The notes beneath the pieces are model-generated. The model was given only the letters and a program-made list of their open reading frames with translations. It had not been told where the DNA came from and did not search any database. From the NCBI GenBank assembly GCA_030141605.1, contig JAQGDQ010000650.1, positions 1 to 64,000 on the forward strand: DNA of 64,000 nucleotides. The letters run 5' to 3'. This stretch comes from Tubiluchus corallicola (Eukaryota; Animalia; Priapulida). Below, in pieces: positions 24,101 to 35,500 of the stretch; position 1 is the first letter of the stretch; each line of letters begins with the position of its first letter. The translations under genes and the position numbers were made by a program.

Positions 24101-27100
24101 GTTACTATATACAGTTGGATGCTTGGGGTGTTAGAGAGCATCAAGGTTCTACCTGAAAGGTACTTTCATCAATTCCAAAGAAAATCAAAGTCTTTTCAGT
24201 AACATATTAGTTACTGTTTCTAGACATTATTAATACATTAATTAGTATGTATGTGGTGACTCACTTCAAAACAGATATTCTCTGATGCACCTACTGGTCA
24301 GTTTAATATTAAAGACAGTTATGTTAATGCTGTTATGGCAGTTCAGTAAAATGTGAAATGCTTTTTGTTCTCTGTGTCACTTACTGCCAAACATCATTTT
24401 GTTTTTAGCTACTAGTCCAGAGGAAAATTTGTTAGTACCTCCATGGAACAAAGAAGCGAAAACACTAAAAGAAATTTATAATTTAGATGATAGTATCCTT
24501 TATTTGGTTTATGACCTGTATTTGGTTTAACAGTTTGTACATTTTGCACATTTTGTTAATTTCTTTACTGTTCTGCTTCATGTTAATATCCTAAATACAC
24601 TGCACTAGTTGTGCTTCCAAGTGAACTTGAGGCATTACAAACCAGGGCAAAAGTTTTTGCTAGTTTCACTGCTGATCAGCTGAAAGAATGGAGGGAAAAT
24701 AATAGGTATGTATTATGATTATTTGACATACTGAACTAGCATATGCATCCTTCCTAAGCACTGAACAGCTATAGTCAGATACTCACTGAGGCAGAAGCAA
24801 GAGGCTTAGGTATTCTGGCTGTTTGAAGGCATTCGGGCTCTAGAAGATGTGTCCTTTTGTAATTATTTTACTTGACAATACCATTCCATGCTCTCGGTTT
24901 CAGCTAATTTGTATATGTCACGAAACACAAATATCTGTGAGCCTACTGAAACTGATTTGTCACACAGCGTGCCAGCGTAACCTTGTTTCAAGTATACACC
25001 GAGTATTTCATTATATAATATATTCAAAACCATAAGGGCCCTGTACAGTGTACAGTAAATATAGGCCCACAGTGGACTTCAACAGGTGGGCTATTTATGC
25101 CAACATTTCTATTAAATTTAGGGCCCACTGACTTTTGGACTAGGGTCCACAAGTAGGTAAATCCTGTCCTGCATTTGGTCTCTAGAAGAGCTTGCATATG
25201 TCTATAGCATGCTTAATTGTTATTAGATGACTAAGTTTTCATGACCAACCATTACTCACCTACCATTTCTTTTGGACAATCAAAGATGCAACCTCAAAAA
25301 CTTATTGTGAAACCGAAATTTACTTTCCAGTTTACCACTTCATTAGGACACATTTTATTTTACTTTAGTTACGGAAATTATATCGTTAATCACCTCACAC
25401 AACTACCTCTGCAAGAAGAATGCAGGCTGCGGAAAGCTAAACTGTTGCTGTACATGCATTACCTCATTCTCTTATACAAACTACGAGCACAGGAGTTAAA
25501 AAAGAAGGGTGAGTTACAATATCTTTAACTACATTTTGTCATTCAGCGTTATAATATGTGTAGAATGCTGACTGACCTATGAAATGAAAAAATGTATTAA
25601 ATGTAACTTATTCATCACTTAGCTCTGCCTGATGAAATACCTTCGGCTATTGGACAGAGATTATTGGACACTTATACGGTCAAGGGAACAACACCTGATG
25701 GGAAAAAGGAAATAAGGTCTGACACAATGATTTGATTATGTAGTTAATTTTTTCAGTAATTAAAACAAATTTATTTTAATAATCTTTGTGAACATAAGTA
25801 GAGTGCTAGCAAAAAATTAAAACAAGATGTGTGTCTATAAAGAGAAAATATATTACAAAGTCATCATATTATCATATTAGTGCTTCCGTTGCCTAACCTA
25901 GCACCACTCTCTATTTGAAGCCATAGTTTCCCAATCTGGTACCACATGCCGAGCATCAACATTATTTAAATTAAGTAGAGTATTTAATATGTATTTCTCT
26001 AGAAGTATTTGTCTGGACGAATCTATATGATAATATATTACCTCACTTATTAGTAGCACATACTAATAGCATGTATTAGTTAAAATTAAGTCATGAGTTT
26101 CTATATGTTTCTATAAGCTTGGTAGTTGATTGTGTAATCAAAATTAAGTGCTCTTTTGTTCAGCTTCAGTGCATTTTGCATTTATCTTGACTGTTTTAGG
26201 TCTCTTCCAGCCAGACTAAAAGACAAGTTAGCCGTGAACATTCTCCTACTAGTTTTGCATATTGACGAGTTTTCCTCATGTTTAACTGATATTCAGAAGG
26301 ACTTGAAGATGGGTGTGCAAAGGTAAGCGAAAAGTGGCAAAGGGACATCTCTTTTAGTGAAAAGCAGTTCAAGAGGAAAAGACCTGTGACTAAAATTATG
26401 TATTATGAAGCTACTTTGATGTGAGTTTAAGCAAAAATCAATTTTAATAATACAGTATTTTAATTACAAGGACTGCTAATTAGAATCGTAGATTAATAAT
26501 AATTATTATAAATGGTTATTTGTAATTTTCATTTTGACGGTAGCACTTACATATTTTGGGAAATACATATTTTGAGCATCTCCTTAAATCTACTTGCCAC
26601 AGCGGGAAGCTGCGGCATTTAGATGTGTCGCCACATGTTGCTATTGAGACTCTTGGCTCTTATTGCCTATTTGCAGACCTTAAAAATATCAAGATAAAAT
26701 AATCCAAAAAGAGCTGATCATTGAGCACACATTGGGGCACAATTTGGTAAAGAACTTTTAAAGTTTAAAGTAAGCTGGAGATTATTTAAATTCTACACAT
26801 TGTTTCATTGGCAACATATATGTAGATTGTTTTTTGTTTGAGGGTTATGGAGTAGCCTTGTAAATATCTGATGACTATTCTGCTCAAAACCTTCATTTCA
26901 CAGTTTCCTTTCAATTCCAGAAAAAACTTATCATTTTTGTCGTAATACCAGGATGATGTCGCTTTGTAGAGACTTTCGGAGTGCCAACCCCCCTTCCACC
27001 CGATCACACTTCCAGATCAACTAGTAGATGCTAGACTTTAATACACTCATCTCTACTGTTTTTTCATCTGTCAATCATGACTCAGAGAAGGCATTAGCAC

Positions 27101-28170
27101 CAGTGTTTTTCTCAGTGACATATTTCTTGATGAAGTCTTCTATTTTACACACAAGCTTTGCACATTTGCACTTATTTAACAGATCTTTAGTTTTTTGCCA
27201 AACAAAATCAGCACTGAGCTGCCCTGGAAAGGTCTTGAATGTGCACCAGGCCACAATGTGAACTAATTTGTAATTGCTGAGTGGATTAGTTTATATTTAT
27301 ATAATTATATGTTTACAGAATTTGTTATTAAGCAAAGAAATATGTGCATACCCAATATAAGAAAAGCAAATCTAGTGTGGTACATAATTATATATATATA
27401 TTTAGGAAGCTTGGTAGTGTATACATCATATTTTGTGTTCTTCAAACGGCGTTCCGACGGTCAGGGAAATCCTGGAAGATGGTTGAAAATACAGGCTATC
27501 CTGAAAGTCATGCAAAATTTCAGGGAAAAAGATAAATTTATAAAAAGTTAGGGAAATGATGAAAATGGGGTGAAAAGTCAGGGAAATTGGAAAGAGTTGC
27601 AAAAATAATCATCGTGAACCGATATTTTTCCAAGCATATTTTTCAGCTATTCGTGTTCAAATGAAATTTTGCCATGGCAGGCTCCCAGTTTCGATTTCTG
27701 TTCCAAAAATAATGATTGGGTTGTGAACGTTTATTTAATGTAATTAGTGTAATTTTGTTAGCATTATTGCAACTGTGACGACACATTATAAATCAGTATA
27801 TGTATGAATGTCCATACACAAAAATGGTTGAATGTTTCTGCTTACCTTAGTCATGGAAAATCAATATTTGATCAGGGAAAAGTCAGGGAAACTCATTTTA
27901 AAATTCTGTAGGAACCCTGTTCAAAAAGCTTTTGTGTTATCCTGAATCGTAAACAAACTGCACAACATTTATTTTGTAAATTTACTTTTATGTAACTGCT
28001 GAATGCTATTAAGTGTTGTTAATTGCAGGATATCTAATACAGTGAGAGCACTCGGTTGCACTATATCCACTACAAAAGGAGCCGATGGCACAAAAAGCAT
28101 AGCAGCTGTTTTAACGCTTCCTCCATCATTTCCTAAGAAGAATCCTTCCCAAAAGCATGGACGCCACTGA
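15154..28170 (+). CDS. POLR1E: DNA-directed RNA polymerase I subunit RPA49/PAF53, 411 aa
   Basis: 12 exons (1236 nt): 15154-15217, 18342-18463, 19350-19420, 20461-20546, 23205-23263, 23940-24093, 24409-24492, 24609-24705, 25369-25508, 25623-25716, 26200-26322, 28029-28170. The translation has A49-family hallmarks: RKRDQRVLAAETDRMKYLGRNFG, YYVGVLDEKTGKMCVYDA, LMSAFGSRK, IYNLDDIV, LVLHIDEF..LTDIQKDLKM. Exon 1 (MPVTRRT...VL) is inferred from ATG, donor and phase and is the least certain. Confidence 0.93.
16689..16850. repeat. tandem ~15-mer array (TGTGCCATTTTTWCC)n, probably a DNA-transposon subterminal repeat
   Basis: About 9 units are visible, with the spacer TACTCTCCCATT occurring twice. It produces the spurious GKNGT and VPFFP ORFs. 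Confidence 0.85.
19460..20346 (+). mobile_element. non-autonomous Helentron/DINE-1-like element
   Basis: Subterminal inverted repeats ACCTCTGCAAAG (19463-74) and CTTGGTGGAGGT (20309-20), a 3' hairpin GCACTC-TACT-GAGTGC (20323-38), and a terminal CTAG followed by TTTT. Confidence 0.75.
20648..21317 (-). repeat. inverted duplicate of POLR1E intron 8 / exon 9 start (partner 24839-25412)
   Basis: Continuous reverse-complement similarity, e.g. 21008 CTGTACAGGGGTTCTTATGGCTTTGAATATATTGTATAATGAAATAC vs reverse complement of about 25003-25049, and 20676 GATATAATTTTCAAAACTAAAGTAAA vs reverse complement of the exon 9 acceptor. This copy has about 100 extra nt at about 21118-21224. Confidence 0.9.
21448..22530 (+). 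mobile_element. MITE family A, copy 2 (degenerate, carries a SINE insertion)
   Basis: GCTTAACAACACTAATGCATTCCAGCAAAATGTGTCGTTA...AAACAATGTAAAAG matches copy 1. The distal part matches the reverse of 30450-30710. Ends are approximate. Confidence 0.65.
21566..21666 (-). mobile_element. short tRNA-derived SINE
   Basis: Minus strand: A box TAGCCGAGTGG, B-box-like GGGTTTGACAC and an AATAAA tail. Flanked by the direct repeat ACAAAGA (21559-65 and 21667-73). Confidence 0.55.
24493..24608 (+). other. U12-type (minor spliceosome) GT-AG intron, POLR1E intron 7
   Basis: Donor GTATCCTTT; branch-point-like TCCTAAAT at 24589-24596 close to the AG; no polypyrimidine tract. Splicing restores IYNLDD-I-VLPSELEALQ in frame. 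Confidence 0.88.
24839..25412 (+). repeat. source segment of the POLR1E inverted duplication (most of intron 8 plus 44 nt of exon 9)
   Basis: Reverse-complement partner of 20648-21317. Confidence 0.9.
26600..27260 (-). mobile_element. decayed non-LTR retrotransposon endonuclease (APE) fragment
   Basis: The minus frame reads KIEDFIKKY...AFSES*LTDEK...IY*LIWKCDRVEGGLAL, resembling the LINE endonuclease motifs SE(T/S)WL and R.DR..GG.A, with stop codons. Boundaries are approximate. Confidence 0.5.
27447..27919. mobile_element. non-autonomous DNA transposon with CAGGGTTCC-type TIRs and TCAGGGAAA subterminal repeats
   Basis: Left CGGCGTTCCGACGG and right CTGTAGGAACCCTG match at 10/14. TTCAAA flanks both sides (27441-46 and 27920-25). 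Multiple internal TCAGGGAAA. Confidence 0.75.
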
Positions 28171-28274
28171 TGATGAAACAATGTGTTATTTTCAGTTAAT
28201 GCATTTGTTACCATCATATATAGTCTTTACTAATATTTTTGTTCATTTGTTATATGTTGGAGTATTATTAGCAA

Positions 28275-28280
28275 AATAAA
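28275..28280 (+). terminator. candidate POLR1E polyadenylation signal
   Basis: AATAAA 105 nt after TGA; a second one lies near 28405. Confidence 0.5.
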
Positions 28281-29521
28281 CACATGCTAATTATGATCCT
28301 ATTATTACTGAAATTAGTAAAATTCAAATTTGTGTTTGCAAGGTCTAGGCTGTAATTAATATTTTCTTTCTGTGTACATTCAGCGACAACTTTGAGTGAA
28401 CTTTAATAAACATTTGCATACTTGTAAATTGAGATTTCAGGCTGAAAAAGCTCATTGCAGTGAGGTGTTGAATCATATTTAATTTTTTGCCTTAATAGGC
28501 TTCACAGCAAACTTTGTAACTGGACTGAAGTAATCTAAAACGTATAGTATTTTTAAACTGCAGCACCATCCATGTGCTGTAAACCCAATTTGGATTGAAC
28601 TTGGATTTGGTCTTTCTGAAGTTTGGCTGAGTATAACAGCTATCTAAGAGCAATGATTAACTAGCAGGCAATTTTTAGGATAATTAAAAGATCCAAAGTC
28701 TCCAGATTATTGTATGCACATGTCCGAGCCAAAAATACTGCACAAAATATAAGCAGTGCAATATCTTACAAATTGTCAGCATGGTTCTGACATTATAGAC
28801 CTACTTTCACACAAAGGTACCTGGTACTTGATGTATTACAAATATTTTTCATAATGACAGAAGTGCACCCTATTATTATTATTATTAATGTATCGTTATT
28901 ATCCATGTTTGGCAAACAATGCAATATTTACTCAGAATTCATGTTGCCGACCAGTTTCTATCCAGATGTCACTCTTTAGGGTCTAATCATCAACAAAAAG
29001 TGCCGGTTTACAAGACTAAAGACACGTATTATTTTCGTTTTTTAGAAGTACACAAAAATTGTATTTCTCCACCGTATGTTGTATAAGTTACTGTTTGCTC
29101 GTCTTTCACAACATTTGCAGTGCAACACACCAGTCTTCATGTTTTGGTCCTGATTCTGGAAAAAATATTAATAATATTATTATTAATATTAATTGTAGAA
29201 ATCCATTATTTCCTACTCTCCGCAACCACTGGATAAGACAGACAATCGCAGCAGAACTTGAAGACTTACAGTTTCAAAAACTATAATAGAGATAGTCGTA
29301 GATAAACCTTCAAATCAATTCTGCGCCGTCATATAATGAAGTTGGTCACATTTGCAACATTCCTGTTGCTAAAACAAAGTTTCATTTCCCGGCGCGGTTT
29401 TTGTAATTTTTGATAGTGGTTTACTTGTCCGTAATTTAACAACAACATTTCTTAGTTTAATCGCGATTTAGTGGTGTAAGAGTATGCAGTTTAATTAATT
29501 TCGAGTTTGTTGTTGGAACTA

Positions 29522-32500
29522 ATGGCAAAGGTAATTCTGGCATGGCTGTAATAATGATCGCCTATTTTATAAATTATAATTTTAATTATCAAGTTTTTTT
29601 GGGTATTTGTTTAATAATAATGACAATAATAATAATATTCAAACGAAAACTGTACTAAAGTGGATTTATTAAGCGAAATATATTGCAGTTGAAAGTTTTG
29701 GTAGTTTATTTTACAATTTTACCAACAATTTTGCTTAAAATCTACAACGTACAAGTACAACATTATAGCTTATACATGAAATTAATTGTTTTCTGTGAAT
29801 TGTAATACTAATAGTAATTTAATTTAACAAAATTTAATTTGTTAAAATTAATCATTGCTTTTTCAGAGGGTTTTTCAAATTACGGATAAATCACATGGTA
29901 ACGGACAAATTCGATTTGCTTGGCAAAAGCTGCATGGAAACTATTTAGCTAGCGCTGGGTATATTGTCATAATGCTATGATCAATTTTTCACAATTGCAC
30001 ATTTTTTCATTTACCTGATTTACACTTGATGTGGTTAAACACATTTTAAAAATTAAAAGTGAGAAAATGCAAATTTATTTTTATACATAAAATTTCCAAT
30101 TTTTAACAGGCAAAATAACCTTTTCCTCTGAAACAAAGGAAATCAATTAAATTGTGATTAAAGTAGTTGCTATTATTTATTACTAATTGTCTTCTGAGTT
30201 GTTAATAAGCATCATTTCATCAGCCATCCTAGCACTGCTTCCAAACTTTGTAGAACTTCAGTGTAACTTTAATGAAGGGCCTACTTTTAAAAAAGTGTAT
30301 TTTGCTTTCAGGATCAATCGCATTGTTAACATATTTGACAGGCACGGCGAGCAGAAAGATGAAATTGCTCTACCTGGGTGAATATACTTGCGCAGTTACT
30401 GCAAGTACAGTAAGCCTTCACTTAACGATGCCGCGCTTAGCGATGTTTGATTTTAACAATGCTAACTTTTTGACACTTTCACTGAACGTCATATGTTTCA
30501 TTCTAACGACGATTTTTTAGCCTTATTTTAAGCACTGCACTTTCTTTACTGAACTTGCACTCTATAAATGAAGCTTACTACTTAACGCACTTATGATTAC
30601 TACACCAGTAAGAATTTGTCCAGCTAAACAGATAGCAGGCATCCAGAGCATGACAATTCACTGCTTTCCCACCTTTAGACAAAATTCGCTAGTTGATGAA
30701 ATCTTCTGATGTTACGTAGTTAATTGCTGCACTCGCTTCATTTATATATTAGCTGTGGCAAAGGCAACACTGAAAATGACGTTGATAATGAATGCAGCTC
30801 GAAAGTCAGATGGGCCACAGCAAACGTGATGCAATGTGATAAGGAAGTGCTGGCTGAGAAAGGGAAAAAATCTTAGCAAGAACCATAGATTTTTATAAAA
30901 AAAATAAAGGGGGAAAGAAAGGGAGGAAAATGGCTGAAGGAGAGCAGCCAGAGGAGAAGGTAGTTTCAAATTTTAGTTTTCACACTTTGGTTAAAGAAAT
31001 GGGTAATGTATAACTGTAAGCAATAAACCTTATAAAATGTAAGCCAAGCATTAGTGATTTTTCTTCTGCAACATAATTGAAGGCTTTCACATAGCCATGT
31101 TTCAGTGATTTTTATCTCTCTGCAAGCAACTGAATGTTCTACATTATTTCTTATGGAAAGCATTGTTTCATGTAAAGACATTGCACTTAACGACATGTTT
31201 TGCTGGAACGCATTTGCATCGTTAAGCATGGACGTACTGTACTGCATTCATCACAGTTTTGTGTTTGTACCTATTTTTTCTATAAGGTGTTTCTTCTTGC
31301 ATAGTACTTCTTGCCTATGTGCATATTTATTTTGTTGCAATTGTTTAATAATTGACTATTTTTGTGTTGTTTGCAGCCCATGTGTAGATTTGAGTTGGGA
31401 TCAAGATGGTGATACATTAGCAGTTATCAGTGATAAACCTGGTTTGGTACTATTATGGGATGCAAACACACAGCGATCATCCCACCTCGACACCTCATTC
31501 AAGTAAGTGTTTTTTTTTCATTTTATGAGGTATAGTTAGTTCTTGAATGTGGTCCTTAAATCAAAAGCAAGTCTTTCAGTAAGTTGAGCAGTTAAGTTCA
31601 GTAATTTTAATATTTGGGAAAAATGTTAGAAAATTTCAGAAATAAAATTATGATAAGCATCTCGTGTAATTAATAAAATCAATTTAAAGTTTGTGCTTAA
31701 GCACGCTAATTTTCGACGAAAAATGGCGTTGTCCTATTTCTGTCCAATATAAACACTTATTCGGCCAGGTACTTCATAAATCTTTTTTTAACTTCTAGAA
31801 CGAACTCTATAAACTAAGTAACCAACCAGGTACCTACTATTTGCTTGCAAGCTAACATACACATTTTAAGGTGTAATCCTGTAGATTAAAGCAATGTAAC
31901 CACTTTAAGTTTGATCATAATTGATCGAATGACTAATTTCTAGATAAACACAGTTAAACACAACATTAGAATAATGGAACTTCTAAGCAAACTATAGAAA
32001 TTTTGCAACTCGTACCTTCACACAGGTTACCTTCATGGCATTCATGCTGCCCGGCATTACACCAGATTACGTCATTACTTGAAACATGCCAGCATCAATG
32101 GTCGTTTGGTGAGAGATAGGAAATATTTAAACTTCTTTTACATTTTTAAGCAATGCATTCTATGCGCATATTCTGTTTTCTGATTTCAATATTTTTAATT
32201 GTACATTAAAATGCAATAAATGTTGTTGAAGGGTTGGTTCTTTCTTTAAGGGAAAAGAAATATGTCTTCCTGCACCTATTAATATAAAAATAGTAATAGT
32301 AGAAGAAATTGACAAACCATTAATAATTATGCCAGAAATAAGCAATTGTAATGTGTTGTGAGTAATGTAATGTAATGTTAATTGTGATGAGTAACTAATA
32401 TGGTAATGACTTTTATCTTTGAATGTGTGAATCAGTACAGAACTGGAAATGCATTTTTTGCAATTTAAATTTTCTTTGCTGGGTGTGTTTCTGAGCATAG

Positions 32501-35500
32501 CTGACTTTATGTCAGACTACCAACTGTTACTCAAGTTCTGATTTTAGAATTTGCTTCTAATTGTAAGTGTGCAAATAATAAGAAGGTACAGGTAAAATAG
32601 TTGGCTTAAATCTGCTTTATAGGTCATTTTAGGGTAATATGACAATTTTTGTTCAAATTATTTGTGACAGCCAGTAATATCATTTTATGTTATTGTACAG
32701 CTGAATGATACTGTAACACTGATGCTTGTTATAGAAAAAGGACAAGTATGAAGAGAGAGAGAGAGAATCTAAGAATTCATACTATTTTCGTTATTAATGT
32801 TTTTACATATTTACTTATTTTAGAGATCAGTTATCAATCTGTCTCTGGGCACCAACTGTGCAATTGCTAGCTGTTGGTTCTATGAAGGGAAATCTTTTAA
32901 TCTACAATCATCAAACATCCAGGTACACAATTGCCTCTATTTAAAATACATTTCTGAAGTGGTTTTTTACAATTGTAGCAAATTACTTTGGTCAGACCTG
33001 AATGATTTGGATTTATGTATATTCTGTATTTAAACTGCACTGTAATGGTACTATGAGATTAATAATTTAAGGCTATATTGCATTATATATGCCATAAATG
33101 AATCGCTGATATAAGAACTTTGTGTTTGTCGGTTATTTATAATGCGCAGTTTAAACAATTCACATGTATAATGAAGTATGATGATTATTTTTGGTTGAAC
33201 GATCATTGTGTTTTCATGGCTTTGTATCCATTCTGTGTTCAGACTTCGGACAATAAGTAAAATAGAATCGTTAACGTCATCTGCAGAAGGCCTTTATCCT
33301 GCTATTCAAATTTATACTGCTATTTATCATAGCAATCACGTATTATGATGAAAAAATGACTAAAACTGACATTAAAATATAATGATTCAAAAGTTTTGAT
33401 TGTATTTCAGAAAAATTCCTGTTCTTGGCAAGCACACAAGAAAGATCACTTGCGGCTGCTGGAGCAAGCAAAACTTGTTAGCACTGGGAAGTGATGATCG
33501 TAGTGTTACGATTAGTAATGAAAATGGTGACACAATGCGTCATGTGCAGACAAGCAGCGAGCCCAGTCTCATCCAGTTTTCCGAAATGAAACAAGATGAG
33601 CGAAGTATGATTGGAGAAAATACTGTGAGTAATATATAGGATCTACTAGCTTATTTTATTTTATTTATTTTATTTTTACTTCCACATCTTGAAACCAAAA
33701 AACTACAAAACTTGCCATATATACATCACAGCTTGTAATATTATGAGTAATGTAATTTATAAAATGCCAAGAAATATGATACAAATAAATGAGATTATAA
33801 AAAAATTATAAGCTGTCAGCAAAAAAGAAGCATCCTAATTTAATATTTCTTGTAAATTTAGGTAAGCATGGTTCTTGGTAAGAAGCTACTGTATATGTAT
33901 AATTTAAATGATCCCGATAATCCGATCCAGCTCAGTTTTCAAGGCCGTTATGGTAATATTGTTTCATATCGATGGTAAGTGTTTTTGCAATAGAATTGCT
34001 TTATAAAAATTTCATAAACAACTATTTCTAAGGAGAGTTCTTTAGTTTAGTTATTAGTTTTTTTGTTATATTTTTTATTAGTGCTGCTCTGTAAATTATG
34101 CCTGGGTCTTATGACATTTTATCAGTAATGAAACTAAGCCACGAAGATTTCCTTTATATTTACAGAACTAATCATTACCGAGTACGGCTTATTGAGCTGT
34201 TGATCGTTAAATAAAATTTGTCTTTGATGTTGCACATTATATGTGTAAACTTAAGAGATGCATGTACCCTTTCACTGGCATTTTCAATTTGACTGTTAAT
34301 CAAGTTCCTAACTTAAGCAGGTTGACTTTTGTGTTTACAAGGATGGGCAGCTGAGGAGCAGCTGAACTATGAAAAATATTTTGAGCTTAAAGTAAAATTT
34401 GTTTTTCATTCTGGTTCTGATGTTCTACACATCACTGTTAGTTTAGTAAACTGTTCCTTAAAGCACGAAGCAGGTGTAAAATTTTGGTCAATTGTACTAA
34501 TTTCAGCTTTGGTCAATTGTTGTACCTTTTGCCAGACATGTTGTCATTTGTGAAAAGCTATAACAAATATGTCAGTGAATCAGTGAAATCTGATTTAGTC
34601 CTGTGTCTGTGTATATATTATATATATGTATAGACACCATATATATCTATATATTGGGTGTCAAAGAAAAAATATTATTAGACTACAATAATATTAGAAG
34701 CAAGTGCAGTACGAAGTTGAAATTTTGCAGCATGATAATGTAACACAATAAGTTTTGGCTGTGAAAGTTTATAGGATTAGAAATTTTCAAGTTATGGCCA
34801 ATAAACTCTTGTGTGGTAAAAATTTAAATGCCTGGAGCCACACTGAGTAAAACACTTGATAAAATGGCAGCAAAACAATGATGAAATCAACAGTCGTCCA
34901 GTTTATATAATGGTGTTTATCATAGAAGTAAAAACACTTTGTAAGATTTGTTACCAAAAAAAATAGAGAGGCATTCAAATTTACAAAGAGTTCCCTGGCA
35001 GAAAGTGGAACAAGGCTTCTGTGAATATGATAATAAAAAAGATACGAGGTAGTGTAGATACTAGAATACAACCTTAAAGTGGCCAATCAAGAATAGCTTG
35101 CATGTATACAACTTAGGACTATGTAGTTGAGAACATTTTTTCACAAGAAAAGTAGTTTGGCTGTCATAGTCACAACAAGAACGTGCATGTAGTCTCGGTG
35201 CTGGCCAGAGATCCGTGCAGTGGATGACTGAAACAAGTGGGACTAAAATCATACAAAAAATATCCATGTTTAGACAAAGTGGGATATTAGACAGAAAAGA
35301 AAAATGCAGTGGGAAAATTTAAATGATAAATATTCAAAGAAGGACCTAAAGCGAATCATTATTACAAAAAACAGGACTTTACACTGGAAGTATCGCATAA
35401 CAGACAGAATAATCATGTATACAGAAAGAAAAAAAATCTATTTTCCGGCAAAATCACTGTACCACAAGACTTCAAGGTTTATGCCGACGGTACTGATTTT

